64,000 bases of DNA from a virus (lineage: Duplodnaviria > Heunggongvirae > Uroviricota > Caudoviricetes). The position numbers and the translations under genes were made by a program. Location: IMG/VR virus record IMGVR_UViG_3300029708_000226. One strand, written 5' to 3'. This document shows, piece by piece, positions 46,743 through 55,804 of this stretch (the first letter of the stretch is position 1; each line of letters starts with the position of its first letter). Under the pieces are notes generated by a model. The model was not told the origin of the DNA. It did no database searches and worked only from the letters and a program-made list of their open reading frames with translations.

Positions 46743-47048
46743 TTAAATCTCGCTGTCATCGATATTTCGCAGTTCTTCCGCTATCTTCAGCAGGCAATCG
46801 CTGTCGATGTATGAAATAACCGCCACGGTATTGCGATATCCGCTTAACTTACCATACTTCCAATAGGCTCCCCATTCGTCGTTGTAATCTTCTTTTCCGG
46901 GGCTTGTCACTTTATATTCAATTTTTCTTTTTTGCAGGAACGGCTCCAGTTTATTCAGCGCTACTCCGGGAAGAAGCAGGTGCTGCTTTTCGTTTCGGTA
47001 TGTAATTTCGGGATTGTACATTACATTACCTTTCTCCCACCGAAGCAA
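46743..47048 (-). CDS. Small protein, paralog family member (101 aa)
   Basis: Similar to 13438..13704 and 47021..47347. Confidence 0.5.
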   Translation of the reverse strand: MLRWEKGNVMYNPEITYRNEKQHLLLPGVALNKLEPFLQKRKIEYKVTSPGKEDYNDEWGAYWKYGKLSGYRNTVAVISYIDSDCLLKIAEELRNIDDSEI

Positions 47049-47347
47049 GGATCATTGGCGCTTACATGAAGCAGGTCTTCTGCGATCTTATGCAGGCATT
47101 CAGTATCGACTTTTGCTACTACGGCGGCGACACCATTGATTCTAGGTCTGCCGCGGTATACGCACCCACCGGGCCAGCCGTCTTCGAATTCACTTTGGGG
47201 AACCGTTCTATATTCAATTTTATTTTCTTCCATAAAAGGAATCAGTTTATTTAAAATTACTCCCGGAACAACGGTAACTTCTTCTTTTTCAGAATATACA
47301 ATTTGTGGATTATACATTTCTGCCTCCTTATTCATTTGATGAATCAA
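47021..47347 (-). CDS. Small protein, paralog family member (start probably MYNPQIVYSE at ~47317)
   Basis: [13 protein letters not shown] motif shared with 13438..13704. Confidence 0.5.
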   Translation of the reverse strand: MIHQMNKEAEMYNPQIVYSEKEEVTVVPGVILNKLIPFMEENKIEYRTVPQSEFEDGWPGGCVYRGRPRINGVAAVVAKVDTECLHKIAEDLLHVSANDPCFGGRKVM

Positions 47348-47390
47348 TTATAATACAAATATTAACGACAGTCAAAATTCTGCACAGAAA

Positions 47391-48242
47391 CTAATGAGTT
47401 ATATCCTGCTTCTTACTTTGTGTTATATTTCTGTTATGTGTTACATTATCTGCATAAGTCAGCATTTCGGTCAATTTGGGGCATTCAAGATAACATTCCA
47501 AAGAACTTGCTGTTCGTATATGATCAATTTCAGCCTTTTTGATTTTTGTTCCCAGTTCGCTTATGTAAGCAATGTATTTGTTATCGCCATTATCTTCTGA
47601 AATTTTAATTTCAGAATTTCCTTTATTATTTTGCAGCCAGATCTTCTTATCTGGATATTCATGTTTTAAACAATGATAAGCTTTTTCGATATTTGATGTG
47701 AACGGCATTTTGTTCTGAATAAAATCCGAAATATTGACTCTTAATCCAGTTTCTTCGGCACGTTCGTGAAAAATATCTACGTATGCCGTTTTAACGAAAA
47801 ATCCAAATGGCGATTCGTCAGAAAAATCTCTTTGAAGAACAACCGTCGTCATTGTTGTAGCCAGTTCTCTTCCATCAATCGTTATTCCGTGTCCTACCGG
47901 ATCGTCTCCCATATCTAATGTAAACGTCAGTGTATGATAATTTTGGGGTTCTTTGAAATCTATCTTTTCTGATGTGATCCAGTTTGAGATTTCTTTCGCT
48001 TTGTAATATATCGCATCCTGTAGTGTACTAACTAATGTTTCCGCATCGTAAAAACTGGAAACAGCCTGTTTCTCTTCTTTGACCATTCTAGTAATCATAT
48101 CATCTATCGATATATCTGTATGTAATGTGGAAGAATGTCCTTTATTAACATTTAAAATACAGGATACATCATCCATAACTGCTTCTTCAAGCTTTTCCTG
48201 ATATAATTCCGGGTCCATTCGCCTAATTGTGTCTCTATCCAT
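47391..48242 (-). CDS. 283-aa protein, paralog of 13773..14684
   Basis: Collinear similarity; same gene order (large protein then small paralog genes) as the 13.4-14.7 kb module. Confidence 0.55.
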   Translation of the reverse strand: MDRDTIRRMDPELYQEKLEEAVMDDVSCILNVNKGHSSTLHTDISIDDMITRMVKEEKQAVSSFYDAETLVSTLQDAIYYKAKEISNWITSEKIDFKEPQNYHTLTFTLDMGDDPVGHGITIDGRELATTMTTVVLQRDFSDESPFGFFVKTAYVDIFHERAEETGLRVNISDFIQNKMPFTSNIEKAYHCLKHEYPDKKIWLQNNKGNSEIKISEDNGDNKYIAYISELGTKIKKAEIDHIRTASSLECYLECPKLTEMLTYADNVTHNRNITQSKKQDITH

Positions 48243-48342
48243 AACAATTACCTCCCATATTCATTAATATGAAAGATAAATACATGAGAAATACACAAAA
48301 CAGCAGCCTTTGAGACTGCTGTTCCGCTACGTTTCATATTAT

Positions 48343-48459
48343 TTTTCTTCCATCACAAATACTCTTTTTGTATCCCGATGTTTCTCTTTCAATACACATA
48401 TATCAGCCGGTTCCGGCAAAATATCATTAACAACGCTCCCTTTGGTCTTTTTACTCATA
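48343..48459 (-). CDS. Small protein (~38 aa, MSKKTKGSVVNDILPEPADICVLKEKHRDTKRVFVMEEK)
   Basis: Has its own promoter motif (48479-48497); weak RBS. Confidence 0.3.
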
Positions 48460-48718
48460 ACATTCATCCTGTTCCATTATTAATATGACAGATAAATATA
48501 AAAGAAAAGCCCGCGGTATCCACGAGCGTTTCTTCATCATTTATCAATTTCATCGCATTCCGCGTATGCGTCATCGATCAATGCCGTAACCTGGCACTTT
48601 TCACAAATACCATAGCAGGAAGCCTCCCGTCTTCAGACTGTGAGGAGGAATGCGTCTTTCTGTGCAGAAATCTGCACGGAACACATAATCTGTCATAATA
48701 CTTATATAAGGAGTATTT

Positions 48719-50185
48719 ATGACAGAATCATATGTTTTGACGCTAAAACTGAATACTTCTCCTGAACAGGATGTATGGCTGAGCCACACTTTCTGGTGTG
48801 GACAGCAGATCTATAACGTTCTCGTGCGGCACTGCAAGAAGCAGCTCCGGAAGTTAATACAGGATCCGGAGTATCGAGATCTTCTGGTTGCGAGGAAGGA
48901 GTCCGGTTTTTCGAAAGCTGACAAGAACCGCATCAATCAGGAACTCGCAGATATCCGCATAGGTTATGGACTTAGTGAATATCAACTGCACGCATATGTT
49001 TCCGTACAGCAGCACAGATACAAGAAATCCATTGACTCTGATGTAGCCCAGAAGATCGCTTCTTCCGTATGGCGTTCTGTAGAGAAGTATCTGTTTGATA
49101 ACGGGAAATGCATTCATTTCAGGAAATACGATGAATTTGAAAGCATGGAGGGTAAGAAAAATACTTCCGGCATGCGGTTTAAAGACGGCCGGCTTCATTG
49201 GCGTGGGCAGGTGATCCAGCCGCAGATCCGGACGGATTATGACCGGAAAGCTCTGAAATCCCGTGTAAAGTACTGCCGTATCCAGAGGAAGCCCGTGGGT
49301 ACGAAATACCACTACTACTTGCAGCTGGTTCTGGAAGGAAAGCCCCCGGTAAAGCATCCGGTCGGTCATGGAACCGCCGGACTGGATATCGGGATCTCTA
49401 CCGCGGCTATCGTGACCAAGGATTCCTGTAAACTGACGGTACTCAGTTCCGATGCAAAAGATCATTCTGCGCAGATCAGGCGGACTCAGAGAGCCATGGA
49501 CCGGAGCAGACGCATCACGAATCCGGATAATTATCTGCCGGACGGCACTGTCCGCAAGGGTGCAAGGAAGTGGATTCGTTCGAAGCACTACAGGAAGCTT
49601 CAGTTCCGCAAGAAGTCCATGGAACGCCGGCATGCCGATGCGATAAATACCGGCCACCACCGGCTTGCGAATGAAATTGCCTCGAAGGCAGATACCGCGT
49701 ACGTGGAAAAGATGTTTTTCCATGGTCTTGCACGGAGATCGAAGTCTGCCACGAAGAAAGCCGATGGCCGGTTCCGGAGCAGGAAGCGGTTCGGAAAGTC
49801 CATAGGCAACCACGCACCGGCGGCATTCCTAAAAATTCTGGAAAGCCGGCTTGCTTCTAGCGGCGGGGAGTTAATTAAGATCGATACCGTAAGCTTCCGT
49901 GCCAGCCAGTACAATCATGTAACGGATGACTACGTCCGAAAGAAGCTTTCCTGCCGGGGAAGTTTTGTTGGCAGCCGTTATGTACAGAGAGACCTGTATT
50001 CGGCGTTCCTGCTAAAGAACAGTAACGACACCGGCACGGCTGCCGACAGACAGAAGTGCATCGACACCTTCCCCATGTTCCTGATAACACATAACGCCTG
50101 CATGGACGCGCTCCTTGCAGAGAACAAGAAATATCCTTCGAGCTTCGGTCTCCGGAGCTACAAATACCATAAACGTAACTGTTAA
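48719..50185 (+). CDS. tnpB: TnpB (IS200/IS605 OrfB-type RNA-guided nuclease)
   Basis: 488 aa; RuvC-I-like GLDIGISTAAIV; Arg/Lys-rich; C-terminal Cys-containing region; preceded by a plus-orientation copy of the cassette promoter motif and the palindrome. Confidence 0.8.
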   Translation: MTESYVLTLKLNTSPEQDVWLSHTFWCGQQIYNVLVRHCKKQLRKLIQDPEYRDLLVARKESGFSKADKNRINQELADIRIGYGLSEYQLHAYVSVQQHRYKKSIDSDVAQKIASSVWRSVEKYLFDNGKCIHFRKYDEFESMEGKKNTSGMRFKDGRLHWRGQVIQPQIRTDYDRKALKSRVKYCRIQRKPVGTKYHYYLQLVLEGKPPVKHPVGHGTAGLDIGISTAAIVTKDSCKLTVLSSDAKDHSAQIRRTQRAMDRSRRITNPDNYLPDGTVRKGARKWIRSKHYRKLQFRKKSMERRHADAINTGHHRLANEIASKADTAYVEKMFFHGLARRSKSATKKADGRFRSRKRFGKSIGNHAPAAFLKILESRLASSGGELIKIDTVSFRASQYNHVTDDYVRKKLSCRGSFVGSRYVQRDLYSAFLLKNSNDTGTAADRQKCIDTFPMFLITHNACMDALLAENKKYPSSFGLRSYKYHKRNC

Positions 50186-50189
50186 TCAT

Positions 50190-50345
50190 GTAAACGGGTT
50201 CGACAGGATCCGGCCGCGTGAAGCACTCGTCGGAGTGCTTGCGGCGAAATTCTGGTTAAGGTACGGCAGCTATAACAAACACTGTTCTGCATAAAAAAAG
50301 ATCCGCTTCCTGACCGTAAAGATCAGAAACCGGATCCGTTGTAAG
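50190..50345 (+). ncRNA. Candidate omega-RNA/reRNA scaffold of TnpB
   Basis: GC-rich stem-loops (GGATCCGGCCGCGTGAAGCACTCGTCGGAGTGCTTGCGGCG...GGATCCG) immediately 3' of tnpB, as expected for IS605-family right ends. Confidence 0.4.
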
Positions 50346-50363
50346 AATTGTCAAGTGATGCTG

Positions 50364-50468
50364 TTATGTACCCGGAACCTGCCAGTCTTTAGACTGTGCA
50401 GAGCTGTCAGAGAATCCGCATAATTTGTCGCGGGCATCCAGCAGCTCGCTTAATTCTTCTCTACTCAT
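50364..50468 (-). CDS. Small protein (~34 aa, MSREELSELLDARDKLCGFSDSSAQSKDWQVPGT)
   Basis: AAGGAG RBS 7 nt upstream; overlaps the right-hand 17-bp repeat. Confidence 0.3.
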   Translation of the reverse strand: MSREELSELLDARDKLCGFSDSSAQSKDWQVPGT

Positions 50469-50481
50469 TCCGATTTTCTCC

Positions 50482-50715
50482 TTATACCCAGGCGATTCCC
50501 TGGAAAATTTCCGGCAGTTCGGTAACATCCGGATGATCCTCAAATTTCGAATTTTCTTCGAAAGGAATGATTTTGATATTCACGCATTCCGGATTAAATT
50601 CCGGTCCGCCGTGATCGATATAAGCGTTCATAACCTTCTTTGCAGCCTCTTCCTGATCCACTGCTGATACGATACCGCGGATGTCTGAGTCAATCACATA
50701 TACGAACATTTTCAT
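50482..50715 (-). CDS. Hypothetical protein (77 aa)
   Basis: ORF. Confidence 0.5.
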   Translation of the reverse strand: MKMFVYVIDSDIRGIVSAVDQEEAAKKVMNAYIDHGGPEFNPECVNIKIIPFEENSKFEDHPDVTELPEIFQGIAWV

Positions 50716-51324
50716 TTATTTTTCCTCCTTGAATTCCTTGACCTTTTCATTTTCGGAATCATCATACTCAATGGATCCGTCCTGCTCTACTCTGTAGGCT
50801 TCTCCCCCGAGCTTTTCAATAATTTTTCTCAGAAGATTATTGACCACCCAGATCTGACTTACGAATCCAGCAACAATGCCGTTCGTTTTTGCCGTGAGGA
50901 TCTGCGCCGTCTTGAGTATATCAATAACATTTTTCTTATCGATCAAATCAATTCCACGTCTTTTCAGCTCTCTCAGCAGCTCTTCGTCAGAAAAATCCCG
51001 GATGCTGCACTCGCTGCCGCACAGATCAACTGCCTGACCGTCTTCGATCAGGAGTACTCCAACTCCGTTCTCATTTGTGTAGTGAACATTCATCTCTACG
51101 TCAATGCCTTCAGAAATAAGCTTATTTGCCATGTTTACGAGTTCTGTGGTATTATCGCCGCCCTCTTCGTATTCAAAATAAATGGCAGCCTTTCCATCAG
51201 TGTTTGAATTGAGAACTTCTTCCTCACACGTTTCTATCAGAGAGGTCATTGTATTGAATGCTTCCACTAACTGTTTTGCATATTTTTTATCTACAGAAAT
51301 TTCACCATCATAATAAGTTAACAT
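50716..51324 (-). CDS. Acidic hypothetical protein (202 aa)
   Basis: ORF. Confidence 0.5.
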   Translation of the reverse strand: MLTYYDGEISVDKKYAKQLVEAFNTMTSLIETCEEEVLNSNTDGKAAIYFEYEEGGDNTTELVNMANKLISEGIDVEMNVHYTNENGVGVLLIEDGQAVDLCGSECSIRDFSDEELLRELKRRGIDLIDKKNVIDILKTAQILTAKTNGIVAGFVSQIWVVNNLLRKIIEKLGGEAYRVEQDGSIEYDDSENEKVKEFKEEK

Positions 51325-51339
51325 ACTTTTTCTCCTTTT

Positions 51340-51420
51340 CTATGCAGTTTACTTTCAATTCCGTCTTCTGACAACCGTAAATGAAAAAACTAATCCCCCA
51401 GCTATGCTGAGGTGAATTCT
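51340..51420 (-). CDS. 26-aa peptide MRKPKKRIHLSIAGGLVFSFTVVRRRN
   Basis: Strong AGGAGG RBS and its own promoter motif (51470-51488). Confidence 0.3.
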
Positions 51421-51922
51421 TTTCTTTGGTTTTCTCATTACGTTTTCCTCCTGTTATCTTTGCTTTCCTTTAATATGAAAGAAAACGAATATCCAAAGAC
51501 ATAAAAATATCCCCGGTCAGCCTGACCGGGGAACGCATCAAAGATAATTGGGGGAAGTCGGTTGTTTTGTTAACCGATGATCATATTATAGCAGATATTG
51601 AAATAAACGCAAATTTCTGCACAGAAATTTTTTAGAGAAAAACTCCGGGGATTCCGGAGTTGATTTCTCTTTTCACCTTTGATGATGATACAGTCGCCAT
51701 CGGTGGTGATATATTTAATTTTCAGATCCAAAATCGTATCCAGTGGTTTGTTTCACCCATTTTTTTCTTGAATCAAATACGGGATCTTTATCGTGTCACG
51801 TTTCCTCCGTGTTATCTTTGCAGATTCCTCTGTATCAGCCATAATACCTAAGCTATAAGGAATTGTCGGATAATCTTTCTTATGTAAGGTTACGTTACAA
51901 AATCATATTGTCCTCCTAATAT

Positions 51923-52141
51923 TCACCCAATACTATCGAATCCTGTTTCAATTAATCTGTTTCCATATTCGTCTTCTAAATCATAACCTCTGTATGATTT
52001 CCCGATTACTTTAACTTTTGTTCCTTTTTCGAAATAGCCTGCAAGGCTATTCACTTTTTTTGTTGTAGTTGCCCAATCACCAATCTCAAATCCATTTTTA
52101 TTTTTTACATATGCCATATCTTTATCATCCTTTCTAAACAA
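51923..52141 (-). CDS. Small protein (72 aa), possibly a tudor/SH3-like fold
   Basis: NGFEIGDWATT...GTKVKVIG pattern; weak. Confidence 0.4.
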   Translation of the reverse strand: MFRKDDKDMAYVKNKNGFEIGDWATTTKKVNSLAGYFEKGTKVKVIGKSYRGYDLEDEYGNRLIETGFDSIG

Positions 52142-52326
52142 ATACTAAGTTTCATACTAATCTGATAATGAAAGAATTTCAGGTGTAATTATTAACGCCT
52201 GATTTCCATTTACCATTTCAATATGCATTTCTGAAACTTCTGACGCTGTATGATATTTATCATAATCGACAAATCAATACCTTGTAAATATTTTGCATGA
52301 TCATCTACTTCAGTTTGTAATCCAAT

Positions 52327-52776
52327 CTAATTCGTATTCCAAATTTTTTCACACCTTGAATCATCAATTTCTCTTTTTTGAATTAAGTATTCTGCTAAAT
52401 TATGATTAGATTTCAAATCACTGAGGCTATTGATCAAAGAAGCACACCTGCGTATGTACATTTCATTCTCATAAGCTTTAAAAATCTTTCTTGCCAATTC
52501 GTCATTTCTTTCAAATGAATACCAATCTTCTGCAACAACAGATGGATTACCAATATCTTTTACATCAACCTGATAAATTTTACAACCTTTTATATAGATA
52601 TACTGCCTGGAAGTTTCACAAGAAGAGTCCTCTTCATATACTTTAAATACTTCTAATTGCGAAACATTAATCTTGGTATCTTTAGCAAAGCAATAATCTA
52701 ATGGATTTTTAAGATAATAATGATAAATTGTTTTACCAACCAAGGAATTTAATTCTTCTTTTCTTAACTTTACCAT
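52327..52776 (-). CDS. Hypothetical protein (149 aa)
   Basis: ORF. Confidence 0.5.
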   Translation of the reverse strand: MVKLRKEELNSLVGKTIYHYYLKNPLDYCFAKDTKINVSQLEVFKVYEEDSSCETSRQYIYIKGCKIYQVDVKDIGNPSVVAEDWYSFERNDELARKIFKAYENEMYIRRCASLINSLSDLKSNHNLAEYLIQKREIDDSRCEKIWNTN

Positions 52777-52791
52777 ATAGCAACCTCCATT

Positions 52792-53133
52792 TTAATTATG
52801 CTTTGTATTATACTTTTTCCCCCACTTTTGCAATTCTTTTTGGGCTGTTTCCTTTTTCTTCCGCTTTTTCAGGTATTCCTTTGCTGTTCTGTATTCCTCC
52901 ATATAAATAACATGATCATGGGCGCGCTTGCATTTTTCTTCAAGCATGGCGATGTACGTGGACATATTCATATCGGAAAACATTTCCTTCTCATTGTAGC
53001 CGTTCTCGCAGGTAAACATATATATTGACACCGTGCAGTTTGCTTTTGACAGCCAATACGCCGTCTTTGAATTAAACGCATTCTTGATTGGGGTAGCGAC
53101 ATACTCCCCGAATATTTTTTGTTCGTATTTCAT
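52792..53133 (-). CDS. Hypothetical protein (113 aa)
   Basis: ORF; RBS GGAGAAAAAG; no promoter motif of its own. Confidence 0.5.
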   Translation of the reverse strand: MKYEQKIFGEYVATPIKNAFNSKTAYWLSKANCTVSIYMFTCENGYNEKEMFSDMNMSTYIAMLEEKCKRAHDHVIYMEEYRTAKEYLKKRKKKETAQKELQKWGKKYNTKHN

Positions 53134-53333
53134 AACTTTTTCTCCTTAATTTTCAATATATAATTTTTCCAGTTTCCACAGATCTTTCGCAAATCCAAAC
53201 ATTCTGCGGTAACCAGCTGTCATTGCGATGCGGATCGTTATGATCGGACCATCGATTTTTTCAATTTCTGCCGTCGTTTTTCGGAATTCCTGGTTATGAA
53301 AACCTATGTAAATTCCGATGTTAACGATCTGCC

Positions 53334-53771
53334 CTACTTCGTAACTTTTTTGTATTCTTTTTCCTCCAAGCCATAAAACTCTCCAAAATCCGCTTCCAAA
53401 AAAGACGTCTTATAAAGAGTTACCATGTGTTCGTCTTTATCAAAGCCATCAAAAATATCAAAAATAATATCCTTGATTGCCTGACCTTCGACATAGCGTT
53501 CCTCATCTCCCTGCAAAAAGAAATCTGTAACCTTAGCATTCTTTAGATCTTCAAGAACAGCATCGTCAGGTATATCGATATCGGCGCAGTCGCTGAGATT
53601 CAACACGAGAATGTTGCCTGCATAGGATCCAACATATTTATTGAAATCGAATCGATATTTCTTTCTATTCTTTTTCAGACAAATATTTCCGACATATACG
53701 GATTCTTTAGTAGGCTTCTTTTTAAATCCAATGTACACAGTTGCTTTTAAATTCATATTCTTTAGTAACAT
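53334..53771 (-). CDS. Hypothetical protein (145 aa)
   Basis: ORF; motif at 53809-53826. Confidence 0.5.
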   Translation of the reverse strand: MLLKNMNLKATVYIGFKKKPTKESVYVGNICLKKNRKKYRFDFNKYVGSYAGNILVLNLSDCADIDIPDDAVLEDLKNAKVTDFFLQGDEERYVEGQAIKDIIFDIFDGFDKDEHMVTLYKTSFLEADFGEFYGLEEKEYKKVTK

Positions 53772-53930
53772 AATTATTGTAATTCCTCCTCTTTTCTTTG
53801 ATTTCTCTTAATATGAAAGAAAACCGCGGATAAAATCCACGGTTTCTCATAAACTAATTAATAACTTTATGGACAACAGCTACCTGGCATTCCGTTCCCG
53901 ATACATATACCGGTGGAATCCAGTACAGGA

Positions 53931-54194
53931 TCAGTTTTCTTTCACCGTTCCTCGGTTCCGGTCCAGTAATGATACCAGTGTGCCCTCCTTGTGTGTGTCG
54001 GTAAAGAACGTTTTATTACGAATGTTCAGTTCGAATGTTTGCCCTTTACAATTATCTGAAGATTTCTTTTGTTTCTTCTGTGAACGAATTTCTAATCCAT
54101 TTAAAAGTGTCTGTTTGATTACCCTGGTCCATTTATTATTATAAGGCTGACTGTTTGAATCCATTATTTTTGCAAAATATAATGGTGTATGCAT
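53931..54194 (-). CDS. Hypothetical basic protein (87 aa)
   Basis: RBS AAGGAGA. Confidence 0.45.
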   Translation of the reverse strand: MHTPLYFAKIMDSNSQPYNNKWTRVIKQTLLNGLEIRSQKKQKKSSDNCKGQTFELNIRNKTFFTDTHKEGTLVSLLDRNRGTVKEN

Positions 54195-54207
54195 TTGTTC
54201 TCCTTAT

Positions 54208-54627
54208 CTATATTTCTCTGCTGTCTTTGAATGCCTGCAATAATGCTTCAGCAATTTCTTTTTCATACAACCCGCAGCAACCGGTGCAATCAATGTCAGC
54301 GAGTACGCGCTTAAAGAAATCCTCGAACTTGTTATTCAGATAATCCGCTGCGATAATTTCTGGCAATTCCAGGACAACCTTGAGGTTTTTCTTTTCTTCA
54401 GTATAACCGGGAATTTTTAAATCCTGATCGATCCAGTATAACTTTTCGACATTGATCCGGATCCGCCGTTTTTCTCCGTCTCCGAAGATAATTACGTCTA
54501 CCAATGGGCTATTCGGTGACGGCGTTTCTGTAATAACGCCAAATGTCTCTATATAGAAACGATCCGGCTCTTCTCCATAACCCTGTACAAAACACTTGAT
54601 TCCTTTTTTCGCTTCTGTGATATGCAT
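54208..54627 (-). CDS. Hypothetical protein (139 aa)
   Basis: ORF. Confidence 0.5.
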   Translation of the reverse strand: MHITEAKKGIKCFVQGYGEEPDRFYIETFGVITETPSPNSPLVDVIIFGDGEKRRIRINVEKLYWIDQDLKIPGYTEEKKNLKVVLELPEIIAADYLNNKFEDFFKRVLADIDCTGCCGLYEKEIAEALLQAFKDSREI

Positions 54628-54637
54628 ATTTTTTCTC

Positions 54638-54967
54638 CTATTCTTCCAAATATTTACGGATTGCTGCTTCCGCTCTCTTCTGAAAACGTTTATAATCCGT
54701 GGCTGTTACGATAGACTTAAGATCTGTCAGCCAGAGATTGTGATACCAATCGTCATCGGATTCATATAGGTTTATGGAAATTCCTCTTCTTCCATAATCT
54801 CTTATAGTCTCCCACTGTACATCGGCAATATATCGACCTGCGTCTGTATCAATCAAAATATATCCATAAATATCCAGTGTCCGATCGGTGTTCAGCCGCA
54901 TCAGATCTTTTGGTGTGAATCTATGCCAGTTGAATTTAATGTCTCTTTGCATTTTTCTTTCCTCCAC
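54638..54967 (-). CDS. Hypothetical protein (109 aa)
   Basis: ORF; motif at 54988-55006. Confidence 0.5.
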   Translation of the reverse strand: MEERKMQRDIKFNWHRFTPKDLMRLNTDRTLDIYGYILIDTDAGRYIADVQWETIRDYGRRGISINLYESDDDWYHNLWLTDLKSIVTATDYKRFQKRAEAAIRKYLEE

Positions 54968-55064
54968 TTCTCTATTTTATTATATTAATATGAAAGAAAT
55001 AAGATCCCGAATTTGGAATCCTATACCAGATTTTCCTATGGCTTTTCCGCAACTTTTCTTCTGA

Positions 55065-55259
55065 TTATGCCTGCGGCAAAACAGCCACAAATACGACAAT
55101 TGCGGTGAGAAATACAAATAAAAGGAACGGAAGAATATTAACGAAACGATATATGACTCCGGTATAGTTTTGCTCGCGAGAATATCCGGTAAAAGCATCA
55201 ACTGACGCTATCGATATTCCCGCGCTTATGAAAATAATTAGGAAATACACAGCCAACAT
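55065..55259 (-). CDS. Small two-TM membrane protein (64 aa)
   Basis: Hydrophobic ORF. Confidence 0.4.
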   Translation of the reverse strand: MLAVYFLIIFISAGISIASVDAFTGYSREQNYTGVIYRFVNILPFLLFVFLTAIVVFVAVLPQA

Positions 55260-55273
55260 AATTTCCCTCTTTT

Positions 55274-55708
55274 CTAATCGATTTTTCTCATATAATCCTG
55301 ATTCGGACTCTGATATATTGTGACCTGATTTTCGTTTGCGTAGATCATTCCAAGTTCGGTAATTGCACGGCGCTTGATTTCTTCGAGATTCATACTGCTC
55401 TCCAAACGTTCCATTTCCTCGTCATTGCTTCTTTTTATGGTATTTAATTCTTTTTCCAACTGGGATATTTCGCTGATTTTTGCAGTGAGTTCCGCCTGTG
55501 ACTGGATGTAATTTATAAGTACCATGGCGCATAAAAATAAAGCAGCTACAAGAAACAAAACATACCCGATGTTCATATGTTTTGCTTTTTCCCGGTTATG
55601 TCTCGTTTCATTTGATAAAATCCGTGGTTTTGAATTCATTTCGCGAATCAATTCATCAGTGGTTGCTGTGTAAACATATCTCTGCTGTCTTCGTCTGTGT
55701 TCAGTCAT
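55274..55708 (-). CDS. FtsL/DivIC-like bitopic membrane protein (septum-formation-initiator family-like)
   Basis: Basic N-terminus, single TM (IGYVLFLVAALFLCAMVLINYI), coiled coil, then ...RRAITELGMIYANENQ. Confidence 0.5.
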   Translation of the reverse strand: MTEHRRRQQRYVYTATTDELIREMNSKPRILSNETRHNREKAKHMNIGYVLFLVAALFLCAMVLINYIQSQAELTAKISEISQLEKELNTIKRSNDEEMERLESSMNLEEIKRRAITELGMIYANENQVTIYQSPNQDYMRKID

Positions 55709-55804
55709 TTTTCCTCGATTTTGTATAAATAATACGTGTTAATTATTATGATTATTATGATAGAAAAGCAAAAAGAAACTCGCAAATACGCGAGTTTCTC
55801 AACT

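Larger units (their letters stand above)
48611..50400 (+). mobile_element. Candidate IS200/IS605-family insertion (TnpB-only) including the 3' omega-RNA region; boundaries uncertain
   Basis: GC content jumps to ~55% over the tnpB body; 17-bp imperfect direct repeats GTCTTCAGACTGTGAGG (48611-48627) and GTCTTTAGACTGTGCAG (50383-50399); a structured GC-rich segment lies downstream of the tnpB stop. Confidence 0.45.

Noticed and set aside
48854-50189. Minus-strand ORFs 48854..49813, 49515..49826, 49600..49914 and 49875..50189
   Set aside because: They are antisense shadows inside the GC-rich tnpB gene. High GC suppresses stop codons.
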